DNA from: Ignavibacterium sp.
GTDB taxonomy: Bacteria > Bacteroidota > Ignavibacteria > Ignavibacteriales > Ignavibacteriaceae
Direction: 5' to 3'
Length of the DNA stretch: 64,000 nucleotides
NCBI RefSeq assembly: GCF_037440165.1
Contig: NZ_JBBIUQ010000015.1
Coordinates: 12,491 to 76,490 of the forward strand
Shown: positions 28,297 to 37,033 of the stretch, one piece after another
How positions within the stretch are numbered: position 1 is the first letter of the stretch
Layout of the letters: every line of letters starts with the position of its first letter
Program-made: the position numbers and the translations under genes
The notes under the pieces: generated by a model
What the model saw: only the letters and a program-made list of their open reading frames with translations
Told to the model about the DNA's origin: nothing
Databases searched by the model: none

Positions 28297-28809
28297 ATGA
28301 ATAATCCGCCTAATTTTTATATGGAAAAACTTTGGTCACCCTGGCGCTCTAAATATATAGAATCATTTAAATCTGATGAAGATAAATCAAAATGTATCTT
28401 CTGTCAGATGATTGATTTAAATCCTGAGGATAAAGATAATCTTCTTGTCTTTCAGGGAAGATTAGCGTTTGTTGTATTGAATTTGTATCCTTACAACAAC
28501 GGTCATTTGATGATTGTACCCAAAAGACATACGAATGATTTTTCCGGATTAACCAAGGAAGAACTTTCGGAATGTATGGAGTTATTACAGAAATGTGAAA
28601 TTGCATTGCGGAAGGTGATGTCTCCGCACGGTTTCAATATTGGTGCAAACATTGGAAGAGTAAGTGGTGCTGGATTAGAAGAACATATTCATCTTCATAT
28701 TGTACCGAGATGGAATGGTGATACGAACTTTATGCCTGTGATTGGCGAAGTGAAAATTATTTCACAGGATTTGCTTGAAACCAAATTAAAACTCTTAGAA
28801 GTTTTTTAA
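28297..28809 (+). CDS. HIT-family nucleotide hydrolase/phosphorylase
   Basis: Histidine triad HIHLHIVPRW and N-terminal WSPWRSKYI motif. Confidence 0.85.
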   Translation: MNNPPNFYMEKLWSPWRSKYIESFKSDEDKSKCIFCQMIDLNPEDKDNLLVFQGRLAFVVLNLYPYNNGHLMIVPKRHTNDFSGLTKEELSECMELLQKCEIALRKVMSPHGFNIGANIGRVSGAGLEEHIHLHIVPRWNGDTNFMPVIGEVKIISQDLLETKLKLLEVF

Positions 28810-28836
28810 AGAATTATAAAGGAATAATGGAATTTG

Positions 28837-29370
28837 ATGAAAAAAATTTTTTGGACTTTAATCCTGCCGATGATTGTTTCTCTTTCTTTCTTAATAATAT
28901 CATGCGAACAAAAAAATAAGATTGAATTAGAGCAACCACTCGTTCTTAAAGATGGTTTACTGTATAAAGATAGTACTTCAACCGTTCCATATACTGGAAG
29001 ACATAAATCAAAAGTACTTAATAAAGTTATTGAGTATGAAGTAAAAGACGGGATAAAAAATGGAGATTTCATACTTTATTTTCCGAACGGAAAGATTGAA
29101 ATGAAAGGCAAATTAGTAAATGATAAGAATGAAGGAGAATGGAAATATTATCTGCCTGATGGAACACTTCAGACCGTAGGTTTTTTCAAAGGTGATGTTC
29201 CTGACAGCATCTGGACATGGTATTATCAAATTGGAAAGGTTTTCGAAGTTGGAAGATTTGATAGCGGGGTGAAAATTGGTGAGTGGAAAACTTTCGATGA
29301 AAACGGCAAACTCAGAGTAAGCAGAATTTTTGAAAATGGAGTTATAAAAGATTCAACAGTATTTAACTAA
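28837..29370 (+). CDS. MORN-repeat-variant (YwqK-like) lipoprotein
   Basis: Lipobox LIISC. Repeated G-x-W-x-Y-Y/F-x-x-G units (NEGEWKYYLPDGTL, DSIWTWYYQIGKV, IGEWKTFDENGKL). Confidence 0.7.
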   Translation: MKKIFWTLILPMIVSLSFLIISCEQKNKIELEQPLVLKDGLLYKDSTSTVPYTGRHKSKVLNKVIEYEVKDGIKNGDFILYFPNGKIEMKGKLVNDKNEGEWKYYLPDGTLQTVGFFKGDVPDSIWTWYYQIGKVFEVGRFDSGVKIGEWKTFDENGKLRVSRIFENGVIKDSTVFN

Positions 29371-29371
29371 A

Positions 29372-29881
29372 ATGAATTGGAATAAACTTATGAAAAAGAT
29401 TCTATCACTTGGATTGATTTTACTTTTAATTTCTTGTTCAAAATCTTTTGAAGAAGATTTTAATAATGCTTCTAAACTTCTAAAGGAAAATAAAATTGAA
29501 GAAGCAATTGCAGAGTTTGATAAAATAGCGCAGAGTAATGACGAAAAATATTCTCCCGAAGCTTTAGCTCAGTTAGCTTCAATATATCAGGGAAAACTTG
29601 ATAAAAATCTTTCTGCAGAAGAATCGGTAAAGAAATCTCAATTCTATTTTCGCACTATCTATGATAAATATCCGAATAATCCTTTAGCACCAAAAGCACT
29701 TTTTATGTCTGCCTTTATCCTTGCAAATGAGTTGAATAAATATGATGAAGCAACAAAAGAATATAATCTCTTCCTTGAAAAATTTCCTGATCACGAATTA
29801 GCTGCATCAGCAAAACAGGAACTTGATTTCATCGGGTTATCACCTGAAGAAATTCTTAAAAGGAAAATGGCAAATCAATAA
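29372..29881 (+). CDS. TPR-repeat lipoprotein (YbgF/BamD-like fold)
   Basis: Lipobox LLLISC. TPR-like helices (PEALAQLASIYQ, PLAPKALFMSAFILANELNKYDEATKEYNLFLEKFPDHELA). Confidence 0.6.
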   Translation: MNWNKLMKKILSLGLILLLISCSKSFEEDFNNASKLLKENKIEEAIAEFDKIAQSNDEKYSPEALAQLASIYQGKLDKNLSAEESVKKSQFYFRTIYDKYPNNPLAPKALFMSAFILANELNKYDEATKEYNLFLEKFPDHELAASAKQELDFIGLSPEEILKRKMANQ

Positions 29882-30789
29882 TGGAATTCAGGTTATCAGA
29901 CTATAAAAGTTACCTAGATCCTTCAATCATTCCCAGAATTAATAATCTTGAATTAAGAGCCAGACTTGTTGTTGAGGGTTTTATGGTTGGACTTCACAAA
30001 AGTCCTTATCATGGTTTTAGTGTTGAATTCAGCGAGCACAAACCTTATATGCAGGGCGATGATTTGAAGAATGTTGATTGGCGTGTGTTTGGCAAAACTG
30101 AAAAATATTTTATTAAACAATACGAAGAAGAAACTAATTTAAAATCTTATATTATTCTCGATAGCAGTAAATCAATGTCTTACTCATCGAGAAAAGATTT
30201 TAATAAGCTTGAATATGCTAAAACACTTGCTGCTGCATTATCCTACTTACTGATTAAACAGCAAGATGCAGCCGGACTTGTAACTTACAGCGAAACAATA
30301 AAAAAATATCTTCCTCCAAAAGCATCGAAAACTTATCTTCATCAGATTCTGTATGAATTAAATCAGATTACACCTTCAGAAAAAACAAATACAACAGAAT
30401 CTCTTTCTAAAATTACCGAGAAAATAAAAAGACGAGGGCTTGTAATAATTATTTCTGATTTCTTTGATGATATAGATAAAACAATTAAAGCACTGAAACA
30501 TTTTTCGTATATGAAAAATGAAGTAATTGTTTTTCAGATACTTGATCCGATGGAAAGAAGTTTTGGTTTTGGTAAAGATGCAATCTTCGTAGATCTTGAA
30601 ACCGAAGAACAAATGGCAACACAGCCATATCAGATTCAGAAAGCTTACCAGCAGGCAATGAATGAATTTACTGATAAAATTAAAAGAGAGTGCATTAATT
30701 CAAATTTTGATTACACACTCATTGATACTTCTATGCCTTTCGATAAAGCTCTCTTCAGTTATATTCAGAAAAGAAAAAGATTATACTAA
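29881..30789 (+). CDS. DUF58-domain protein (vWA-like, MoxR-associated family)
   Basis: HKSPYHGFSVEFSEHKPYMQGDDLKNVDWRVFGKTEKYFIKQYEEE is the characteristic DUF58 core. Confidence 0.85.
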   Translation: MEFRLSDYKSYLDPSIIPRINNLELRARLVVEGFMVGLHKSPYHGFSVEFSEHKPYMQGDDLKNVDWRVFGKTEKYFIKQYEEETNLKSYIILDSSKSMSYSSRKDFNKLEYAKTLAAALSYLLIKQQDAAGLVTYSETIKKYLPPKASKTYLHQILYELNQITPSEKTNTTESLSKITEKIKRRGLVIIISDFFDDIDKTIKALKHFSYMKNEVIVFQILDPMERSFGFGKDAIFVDLETEEQMATQPYQIQKAYQQAMNEFTDKIKRECINSNFDYTLIDTSMPFDKALFSYIQKRKRLY

Positions 30790-32130
30790 CTCCTCAATTT
30801 CTTTTACATACTTATCAGCAATTTCTTCAGCGAGTTTTTTATTCTTTGCTTCAACAATAATTCTGATAATTGGTTCTGTATTTGATTTTCTCATATGAAC
30901 CCAGTGATCTTCAAAATCGATTCTTAAGCCATCATCAGTATTAAGGTTTTGATTTTGATATTTGAAAATCAAATTTCTAATAACATCATCCGGACCGATA
31001 TTTTGCAATTCAATTTTTTTCTTCACAATAAAGTATTGCGGTAATCGTGATTTAAGCTCTGATAAACTTAATTCCTTTATTGCCAAATGCTGAAGTGTTA
31101 GAGCAATTCCTACCAATGCATCTCTTCCATAATGTAACGCAGGATAAATTACACCGCCGCTTCCTTCACCTCCAATGACTGCATCTACTTCTTTCATCTT
31201 CTTAACTACATTTGCTTCACCGACTGATGCCCGAAATACTTTGCACGAAAATTCTTTTGCAACATCTTCAACAGCTCTTGTAGTTGATAAATTAACAGCA
31301 ACATTACCCGGAGTTTTTGACAATATAAATTTTACAACTTGTGTAATTGTATTTTCTTCGCCGAATGCTTCACCGTTTTCAGTGATCAGCACAAGTCTAT
31401 CAACATCAGGATCAACTACAATTCCCAAATCAACCTTATTTTCTTTTACGGCTTGCATTGTATCAATTAGATTTTCAGGAAGTGGTTCCGGTAACCTTGG
31501 GAAAATTCCGGACTTATCGCAGTTGATCGGAATAAATTCACAGCCGAGTTTATCAAGTAATTTTGGGACTGAATAAACTCCTGCACCGTTAATACAATCC
31601 AACAATACTCTGAACTTTCTGCTTCTTATTTTTTCAGTATCGAGTAGTTTTAATTTTAGAATTTCATCAATATGATTATCAATTGCCTGATAATATTCTT
31701 CTCGCTTGCCAAGTTTTTCCCAGCTTTCGTAAAATGATTCTGTGCTAAGAAATGTTTTCATTTTTTCGTGTTCTTCCGGACTCATAAATTGTCCCGTTGA
31801 ATTCAAAAGTTTAAGAGCATTCCATTCATTTGGATTGTGAGAAGCAGTTATTGCAATTCCACCCTGAGCTTCTAATGTTTTAACAGTAAACTGAACAGTA
31901 GGTGTCGGAACAATTCCAATATCAATTACATCAAGTCCTTTTGCCATTAAAGTTCCGGTAACGATCTGCTTTACCATTTCTCCAGAAATTCTTGCGTCTC
32001 TTCCAACAACAACTTTTCCTTGCTCAATAAAATCTGCGTAAGCTGAAGTATATTTAACAATAACTTCGGGTGATAAACCATCGCCAACAATTCCGCGAAT
32101 TCCGGAAATGCTTACCATTAGAGTGGGCAT
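30781..32130 (-). CDS. glmM: Phosphohexomutase (phosphoglucosamine mutase / phosphomannomutase family)
   Basis: Active-site loop ITASHNP, metal loop VVDPDVDR, sugar loop GGEGSGG, and N-terminal SISGIRG. Confidence 0.8.
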   Translation of the reverse strand: MPTLMVSISGIRGIVGDGLSPEVIVKYTSAYADFIEQGKVVVGRDARISGEMVKQIVTGTLMAKGLDVIDIGIVPTPTVQFTVKTLEAQGGIAITASHNPNEWNALKLLNSTGQFMSPEEHEKMKTFLSTESFYESWEKLGKREEYYQAIDNHIDEILKLKLLDTEKIRSRKFRVLLDCINGAGVYSVPKLLDKLGCEFIPINCDKSGIFPRLPEPLPENLIDTMQAVKENKVDLGIVVDPDVDRLVLITENGEAFGEENTITQVVKFILSKTPGNVAVNLSTTRAVEDVAKEFSCKVFRASVGEANVVKKMKEVDAVIGGEGSGGVIYPALHYGRDALVGIALTLQHLAIKELSLSELKSRLPQYFIVKKKIELQNIGPDDVIRNLIFKYQNQNLNTDDGLRIDFEDHWVHMRKSNTEPIIRIIVEAKNKKLAEEIADKYVKEIEELV

Positions 32131-32184
32131 TTATTCTCCTTAACTTTTAATTCAAAAATAATCAATTGTGTTTTATTAGACTAA

Positions 32185-32310
32185 AAGAGAGAATGGACGT
32201 ATGCCATTCCGCGAGAAAAATATCTTTTATCACGCGGAACAGGCAGGAGACTGTTCCCTACATTTTATTCTAAAATTATTATTGTGATATTCATTTGTAG
32301 GGATGAACTT
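32185..32310. repeat. Cluster of three hairpins in the glmM-nth intergenic region
   Basis: GAATGG(32191-96)/CCATTC(32204-09); TTCCGCG(32207-13)/CGCGGAA(32233-39); GTTCCCTACA(32253-62)/TGTAGGGA-T-GAAC(32296-308). The CATTCCG core is shared with element A. Confidence 0.5.
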
Positions 32311-32344
32311 ACTGTACATTCCACTTTGTTTTTTCAATTATATC

Positions 32345-32476
32345 GAGGCTGTCTCATAAATCTTAAACTGTCAGTCTGATCCGTCAGCTGACGGATGTCG
32401 AAGACTGACAATTCTAATCAATATCACATTTTGACAAGCTCAATGTGACAGTAAAAATTACTATTGAGACAGCCTC
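32345..32476. repeat. 132-bp nested-hairpin element, copy B, with 12-bp perfect terminal inverted repeats GAGGCTGTCTCA / TGAGACAGCCTC
   Basis: Read directly from the sequence. Middle stem TGTCAGTCT(32369-77)/AGACTGACA(32402-10). Inner 16-nt palindrome TCCGTCAGCTGACGGA(32380-95). Same termini and similar internal layout as copy A. Confidence 0.75.
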
Positions 32477-32562
32477 CTTCAAACTATTTCTAATATTATT
32501 AGTTTGTTTTTTCTTATAAATAAATTTCTATATCTCAAAACAATTTTAAAACTTTGCAATGA

Positions 32563-33273
32563 ATGAAAAAGAAAATTCAGAAAATAAACTGTCTGCTGAT
32601 TGAACATTTCGGAATTCCTGAAAGACCGAAAAGACTTCCTGATCCGCTTGATATAATTATCGGAACGATTCTATCGCAAAACACAAATGATAAAAATTCA
32701 TACAAAGCTTTTTTGAATCTGAAGAAGAGCATCAAGCATTGGGATGAATTACTTCAAATGAAACCATCGCAAGTTGAAAAACTTATTAAAGTTGCCGGAT
32801 TGGGAAAACAGAAATCAAGTGCAATCATAAACCTTATTAAAAATCTAAAAGAAAAGAACGGGAAGGTTAATCTATCACACATTAAAAAAATGAATGACGG
32901 AGAAATAATCGAAGAGCTTACATCTCATAAAGGTATTGGGGTTAAAACAGCAAGTTGTGTTTTACTGTTTGCTCTCAACAGGAATGTTTGTCCAGTTGAT
33001 ACTCATGTTCACAGAATATTAAACAGGGTTGGAATTGTTAAAACATCAACGCCGGAAAAAACTTTTTACAAAATAGAAAAATATATTCCCGAAAATTCAG
33101 CACATACATTTCACACTAATCTTCTTCGCCTAGGTAGAGAATACTGCACACCAACAAATCCAAAATGTTATGATTGTCCGATCGAATCTGAATGCAATTA
33201 TGCGGTGAAAAATTTTACAAGCAAAAAACCAATCAAAAAGAACGATTTCTTTTTACTTGATAGCATTAAATAA
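32563..33273 (+). CDS. Endonuclease III-like HhH-GPD DNA glycosylase with [4Fe-4S] cluster loop
   Basis: HhH-GPD segment LTSHKGIGVKTASCVLLFAL...PVDTHVHRI and C-terminal CTPTNPKCYDCPIESEC (C-x6-C-x2-C-x5-C). Confidence 0.8.
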   Translation: MKKKIQKINCLLIEHFGIPERPKRLPDPLDIIIGTILSQNTNDKNSYKAFLNLKKSIKHWDELLQMKPSQVEKLIKVAGLGKQKSSAIINLIKNLKEKNGKVNLSHIKKMNDGEIIEELTSHKGIGVKTASCVLLFALNRNVCPVDTHVHRILNRVGIVKTSTPEKTFYKIEKYIPENSAHTFHTNLLRLGREYCTPTNPKCYDCPIESECNYAVKNFTSKKPIKKNDFFLLDSIK

Positions 33274-33341
33274 TATCATCATTAATTACCAATAGATTAT
33301 CTTGATTCAATTATTACTTTTCTAATAAAGTTATTTTAATA

Positions 33342-33349
33342 TAAATTTG
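33342..33349 (+). promoter_or_regulatory. Candidate -7 promoter element TAAATTTG (TAnnTTTG) for the homogentisate-pathway genes
   Basis: Exact motif 42 nt upstream of the ATG at 33391, which is preceded by AAGGAG. Confidence 0.4.
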
Positions 33350-33390
33350 AGCAATAAAAATTTCCCTTCAACTAATCTAAGGAGTTTAAA

Positions 33391-34509
33391 ATGTCAGAAA
33401 AAGCTGGGATAATCGGATATGATTATGTTGAATTTTATGTCGGCTCTGCAAAGATGTGGGCGTATTGGCATGCCAAAGCGATGGGTTTGAATATCATAGG
33501 GTATTGCGGACCTGAAACTGGTGTGAAAGATAAAGTATCTTACCTGCTTTCATTAAACAATATCAACATCGTTGTTTCATCTGCAATAAAACCAAGCAAT
33601 TATGAAATTGCATCATTTGTTGAAAAACATGGTGATGGTGTGAAGAGATGGGCCTTGAAAGTTTATGATGTTAAAAAAACTTTTGAAGTCTCTGTAAAGA
33701 ACGGCGGAATTCCAATTCGACCTCCTAAAAAGTTTGAAGATGAAAATGGATTTGTTGAAGAAGCCGCAATTCGTCTTTATGATGATTGCGAAATTGTATT
33801 CATTAATCGTGATAACTACAAAGGAATATTTAAACCGGGATTCAAGCAACCCATTCAGAACATAACTATTCAAAGAGAAGAAACAGGTTTGCAAACAATT
33901 GATCATATAGTTGGAAATGTAAGAACAAACGAAATGAATCTTTGGGCAAATTATATTAACACAACTCTCAACTTCGAAACCTTTATTGAATTCGGTCCGG
34001 GAGATATTTCAACTCAGTATTCTGCTTTGCTTTCAAAAGTTGTCCGTTCAAAAGAGGCAGTAGTTAAAAACCCAATCAACGAACCTTATGAAGGATTAAA
34101 AAAATCTCAGATAGAAGAATTCATTGATGAGTATCTCGGAAGCGGAATTCAGCATGTTGCAATAACAACGAATGATATCATATCCACTATTCGTGCAATG
34201 AGAAATAATGGTGTGGAATTTCTGAGCAATCCGCCAGATACTTATTACCAAATGTTGAAAGAAAAAGGAATGAAAATTAAAGAAGATATTAACGAGCTGA
34301 AAAAATACGGAATACTTTGCGACACAGAAGGAAAAGGATATCTTCTTCAGTTATTTACCAAACCAATAAGTGATCGTCCAACTTTCTTCTATGAAATTAT
34401 TCAGCGTTGTGAAGGTGCAGAAGGATTTGGACAGGGAAATTTCCAGGCATTGTTTGAATCAATTGAAAGAGACCAGATGCAAAGAGGAAGTTTGGATAGA
34501 GAAGAATAA
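33391..34509 (+). CDS. hppD: 4-hydroxyphenylpyruvate dioxygenase
   Basis: GIQHVAITTNDI and C-terminal LLQLFTKPISDRPTFFYEIIQRCEGAEGFGQGNFQALFESIERDQMQRG are typical of HPPD. Confidence 0.9.
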   Translation: MSEKAGIIGYDYVEFYVGSAKMWAYWHAKAMGLNIIGYCGPETGVKDKVSYLLSLNNINIVVSSAIKPSNYEIASFVEKHGDGVKRWALKVYDVKKTFEVSVKNGGIPIRPPKKFEDENGFVEEAAIRLYDDCEIVFINRDNYKGIFKPGFKQPIQNITIQREETGLQTIDHIVGNVRTNEMNLWANYINTTLNFETFIEFGPGDISTQYSALLSKVVRSKEAVVKNPINEPYEGLKKSQIEEFIDEYLGSGIQHVAITTNDIISTIRAMRNNGVEFLSNPPDTYYQMLKEKGMKIKEDINELKKYGILCDTEGKGYLLQLFTKPISDRPTFFYEIIQRCEGAEGFGQGNFQALFESIERDQMQRGSLDREE

Positions 34510-34612
34510 AATTTAAATCTAATTCATACTGAAGCAGATTGAACTTTTTCAATCATTAATTGATTAATGATTGCACAAGTGAATTTGATTATAAAATTAT
34601 CAGGAGGTAAGA

Positions 34613-35779
34613 ATGCCATATTATGTAAGACTCGGTAAAGTTCCACCAAAGCGACACATAACATTTTATAAAGATGATGGAACGCTTTATCGTGAAGAAC
34701 TTTTCAGCACCAAGGGTTTTTCAGGAATCTATTCAAATAAATATCATCTTTACATGCCGCCTGAAGTAGAAAAAATAAGCGAAGTAAATATTGACACATC
34801 TGCTAATGAATGGAATGATGCACCTTTGCAGTATTATCACTTTATCACAGGTAAGAAGCAAAGCAAGGGTAATATTATCACTGCCAGGAATGAGTTTCTT
34901 AAAAACAATCATATCACAATATCAACTGCTACAATAACTGAAGAAACGGGATTCTTTTATCGAAATGCACAAATGCATGAAATGATTTTTGTTCATTACG
35001 GAAGTGGTCATCTTCTTTCTGAGTATGGTGATTTGAAATTTGAGCAGTGGGATTATCTGATTATTCCAAAAGGAACGACCTATCAATTAAAGCTTGATGA
35101 TTACAAGAACAATAAACTATTGATTGTTGAATCTGATACTCCCTTTGAAATTCCACGTCATTTCCGGAATGAATATGGTCAGCTCACAGAAGATGCTCCT
35201 TATTATGAAAGAGATTTTCGTCCGCCTGATTTTATGGAACCAATTGATAAAAAAGGTGATTTCAGATTGATGTTAAAAGTAAGAAACAGAATGTTTGAAT
35301 ATCGTTTGCCTCATCATCCTTTTGATGTTGTTGGCTGGGACGGATTCCTTTATCCTTATGCATTCAATTTAAAAGAGTATGCTCCTAAAGTTGGTAAAAT
35401 TCATTTACCGCCTCCAATCCATCTTGCATTTGTAACAGAACATTTTGTTGTTTGCAATTTCGTTCCGAGGTTGTATGATTTTCATCCGCAGGCAATTCCG
35501 GCACCATATTATCATTCAAATGTAGATAGCGATGAAGTGCTTTATTATGTTCATGGAGATTTTATGTCCCGCACAGGAGTTCAGGAAGGTTCAATCACTT
35601 TGCATCCAATGGGAATTCCGCACGGACCTCAGCCGGGGAAAACCGAAGCGTCAATTGGGAAAAAAGAAACTGAAGAATACGCAGTTATGATAGATACATT
35701 TCAACCTCTTCAGGTAACTAAGAATGTGAAAGAAACTATGGTGGAAGATTACGCACAGTCTTGGCTAAGTAAAAGTTAG
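34613..35779 (+). CDS. hmgA: Homogentisate 1,2-dioxygenase (short bacterial type)
   Basis: 388 aa. Segments PYYVRLGKVPPKRH, FVPRLYDFHP...PYYHSNVDSDEVLYY, and LHPMGIPHGPQPG (cupin metal-site region). Sits between hppD and a FAH-family gene. Confidence 0.8.
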   Translation: MPYYVRLGKVPPKRHITFYKDDGTLYREELFSTKGFSGIYSNKYHLYMPPEVEKISEVNIDTSANEWNDAPLQYYHFITGKKQSKGNIITARNEFLKNNHITISTATITEETGFFYRNAQMHEMIFVHYGSGHLLSEYGDLKFEQWDYLIIPKGTTYQLKLDDYKNNKLLIVESDTPFEIPRHFRNEYGQLTEDAPYYERDFRPPDFMEPIDKKGDFRLMLKVRNRMFEYRLPHHPFDVVGWDGFLYPYAFNLKEYAPKVGKIHLPPPIHLAFVTEHFVVCNFVPRLYDFHPQAIPAPYYHSNVDSDEVLYYVHGDFMSRTGVQEGSITLHPMGIPHGPQPGKTEASIGKKETEEYAVMIDTFQPLQVTKNVKETMVEDYAQSWLSKS

Positions 35780-35792
35780 AAGGACTGTGAAT

Positions 35793-35813
35793 AGGGTGTA
35801 AGGTGAAGTGTTA
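35793..35813 (+). repeat. Three tandem heptamers AGGGTGT-AAGGTGA-AGTGTTA (AAGGTRN-like)
   Basis: Read directly. They are inverted relative to the heptamer array at 35915-35960. Confidence 0.5.
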
Positions 35814-35914
35814 ATTGAAGACGCTAAAAAGACTTTAAACGGTTACATCAATTTTGTGAAATCTAAAATGTCTAATAAATAATATGATTTAAGTTATGTT
35901 GAGATCATGCTATT

Positions 35915-35960
35915 TTCCTTTTACCAATACCTTTTACCTTATACCTTTGTACCTAACACC
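35915..35960 (+). repeat. Tandem heptamer array TTACCAA-TACCTTT-TACCTTA-TACCTTT-GTACCTA (complement of AAGGTAN)
   Basis: Read directly. Five to six 7-bp units lie immediately upstream of the FAH-family gene start (35986). Confidence 0.6.
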
Positions 35961-35985
35961 ATAAAAACAGATAACTAGGAATAAA

Positions 35986-37005
35986 ATGAAATTTGTAACA
36001 TATCAAAAAGGAAAGGAACAAAAAGTCGGAATATTTTATAACGATTTTATCTTTGATCTTCAGAACTCAGCAAAAAAACTGAAACTTATACTGCCTTCAA
36101 CAATGAAAGAATTTCTTGAAGGAGGAAAATCTTATATGAGATTGGCGCAGAAAGTTTTTAAAGAAATAAAATCAGATAAAATCAAGCCGACTATAAAGAG
36201 AAATAGAGTAAAGTTACATTCACCTGTTCCAAACCCAACTTCGATGCGAGATGGTTATGCATTTCGTCAGCATGTTGAAACAGCAAGAAGAAATCGTGGT
36301 GTTCCGATGATTCCGGAATTTGATCAGTATCCGGTTTTTTATTTTACAAATCATAATGCTGTATTTGGTGAAGGAATAATTGAAGTTGAAGATGATCATC
36401 TGCAGCAGCTTGATTTCGAACTTGAGTGCGCAATTGTAATTGGTAAAAAAGGGAAAAATATTCCAGCAGAAAAAGCAGAGCAGTACATTGCTGGTTATAT
36501 GATAATGAATGATTGGTCTGCAAGAGTTCTTCAGATGGAGGAAATGAAATTAAACCTTGGTCCAGCCAAAGGAAAAGACTTTGCAACATCATTAGGTCCG
36601 TGGTTAGTAACCGTTGATGAACTTGAGCAGTACAAAATTTCAACTCCATTCGGAAATAAATATGATTTAAGAATGGTTGCGCGTCACAATGGTAAACAAA
36701 TTTCAGATGGAAATCTTAAAGATATGAACTGGACATTCGCTGAACTGATTGAAAGAGCTTCTTATGGTGTAACTCTTTTCCCCGGTGATGTAATTGGCAG
36801 TGGAACAGTTGGAACTGGTTGTTATCTTGAACTTAATGGAACCTGGATTTTGAAAGCAAAAGCAAGAGGAGAAAATTTTACTTCAATCTGGTTAAATGAT
36901 GGAGATGAAATGGAGCTTGAGATAACAGGTTTAGGTGTATTGAAAAATAAAATAAGGAAATCCAAAAACAATTATTCAATTCTGAAGAAAAAGAAATCTT
37001 TATAA
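35986..37005 (+). CDS. Fumarylacetoacetate hydrolase family protein (probable fumarylacetoacetase)
   Basis: MNDWSARVLQMEEMKLNLGPAKGKDFATSLGPW and GDVIGSGTVGTGC motifs. Genomic context with hppD and hmgA. Confidence 0.8.
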   Translation: MKFVTYQKGKEQKVGIFYNDFIFDLQNSAKKLKLILPSTMKEFLEGGKSYMRLAQKVFKEIKSDKIKPTIKRNRVKLHSPVPNPTSMRDGYAFRQHVETARRNRGVPMIPEFDQYPVFYFTNHNAVFGEGIIEVEDDHLQQLDFELECAIVIGKKGKNIPAEKAEQYIAGYMIMNDWSARVLQMEEMKLNLGPAKGKDFATSLGPWLVTVDELEQYKISTPFGNKYDLRMVARHNGKQISDGNLKDMNWTFAELIERASYGVTLFPGDVIGSGTVGTGCYLELNGTWILKAKARGENFTSIWLNDGDEMELEITGLGVLKNKIRKSKNNYSILKKKKSL

Positions 37006-37033
37006 GTTTAACGAATACAAAACAAACTAACTA

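Noticed and set aside
31175-31576. 133-aa plus-strand ORF inside the phosphohexomutase gene
   Set aside because: It is antisense to a gene carrying all three phosphohexomutase loops. Its Ser/Thr-rich product is a shadow ORF. The same reasoning applies to 50..343, 14660..14842, 14909..15181, 28806..29072, 30376..30612, 30662..30898 and 38602..38925.
32131-32562. The possibility that the long glmM-nth intergenic region encodes a known housekeeping RNA (RNase P RNA, tmRNA, SRP RNA or 6S RNA)
   Set aside because: I could not find the universally conserved cores on either strand. These include the RNase P GAGGAAAGTCCGG-like P4 strand, a tRNA-like tmRNA end with a tag reading frame, and the SRP domain IV GGAA/AGCA loops. 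The region is better described as repeat hairpins. A covariance-model scan would be needed to exclude other Rfam families.
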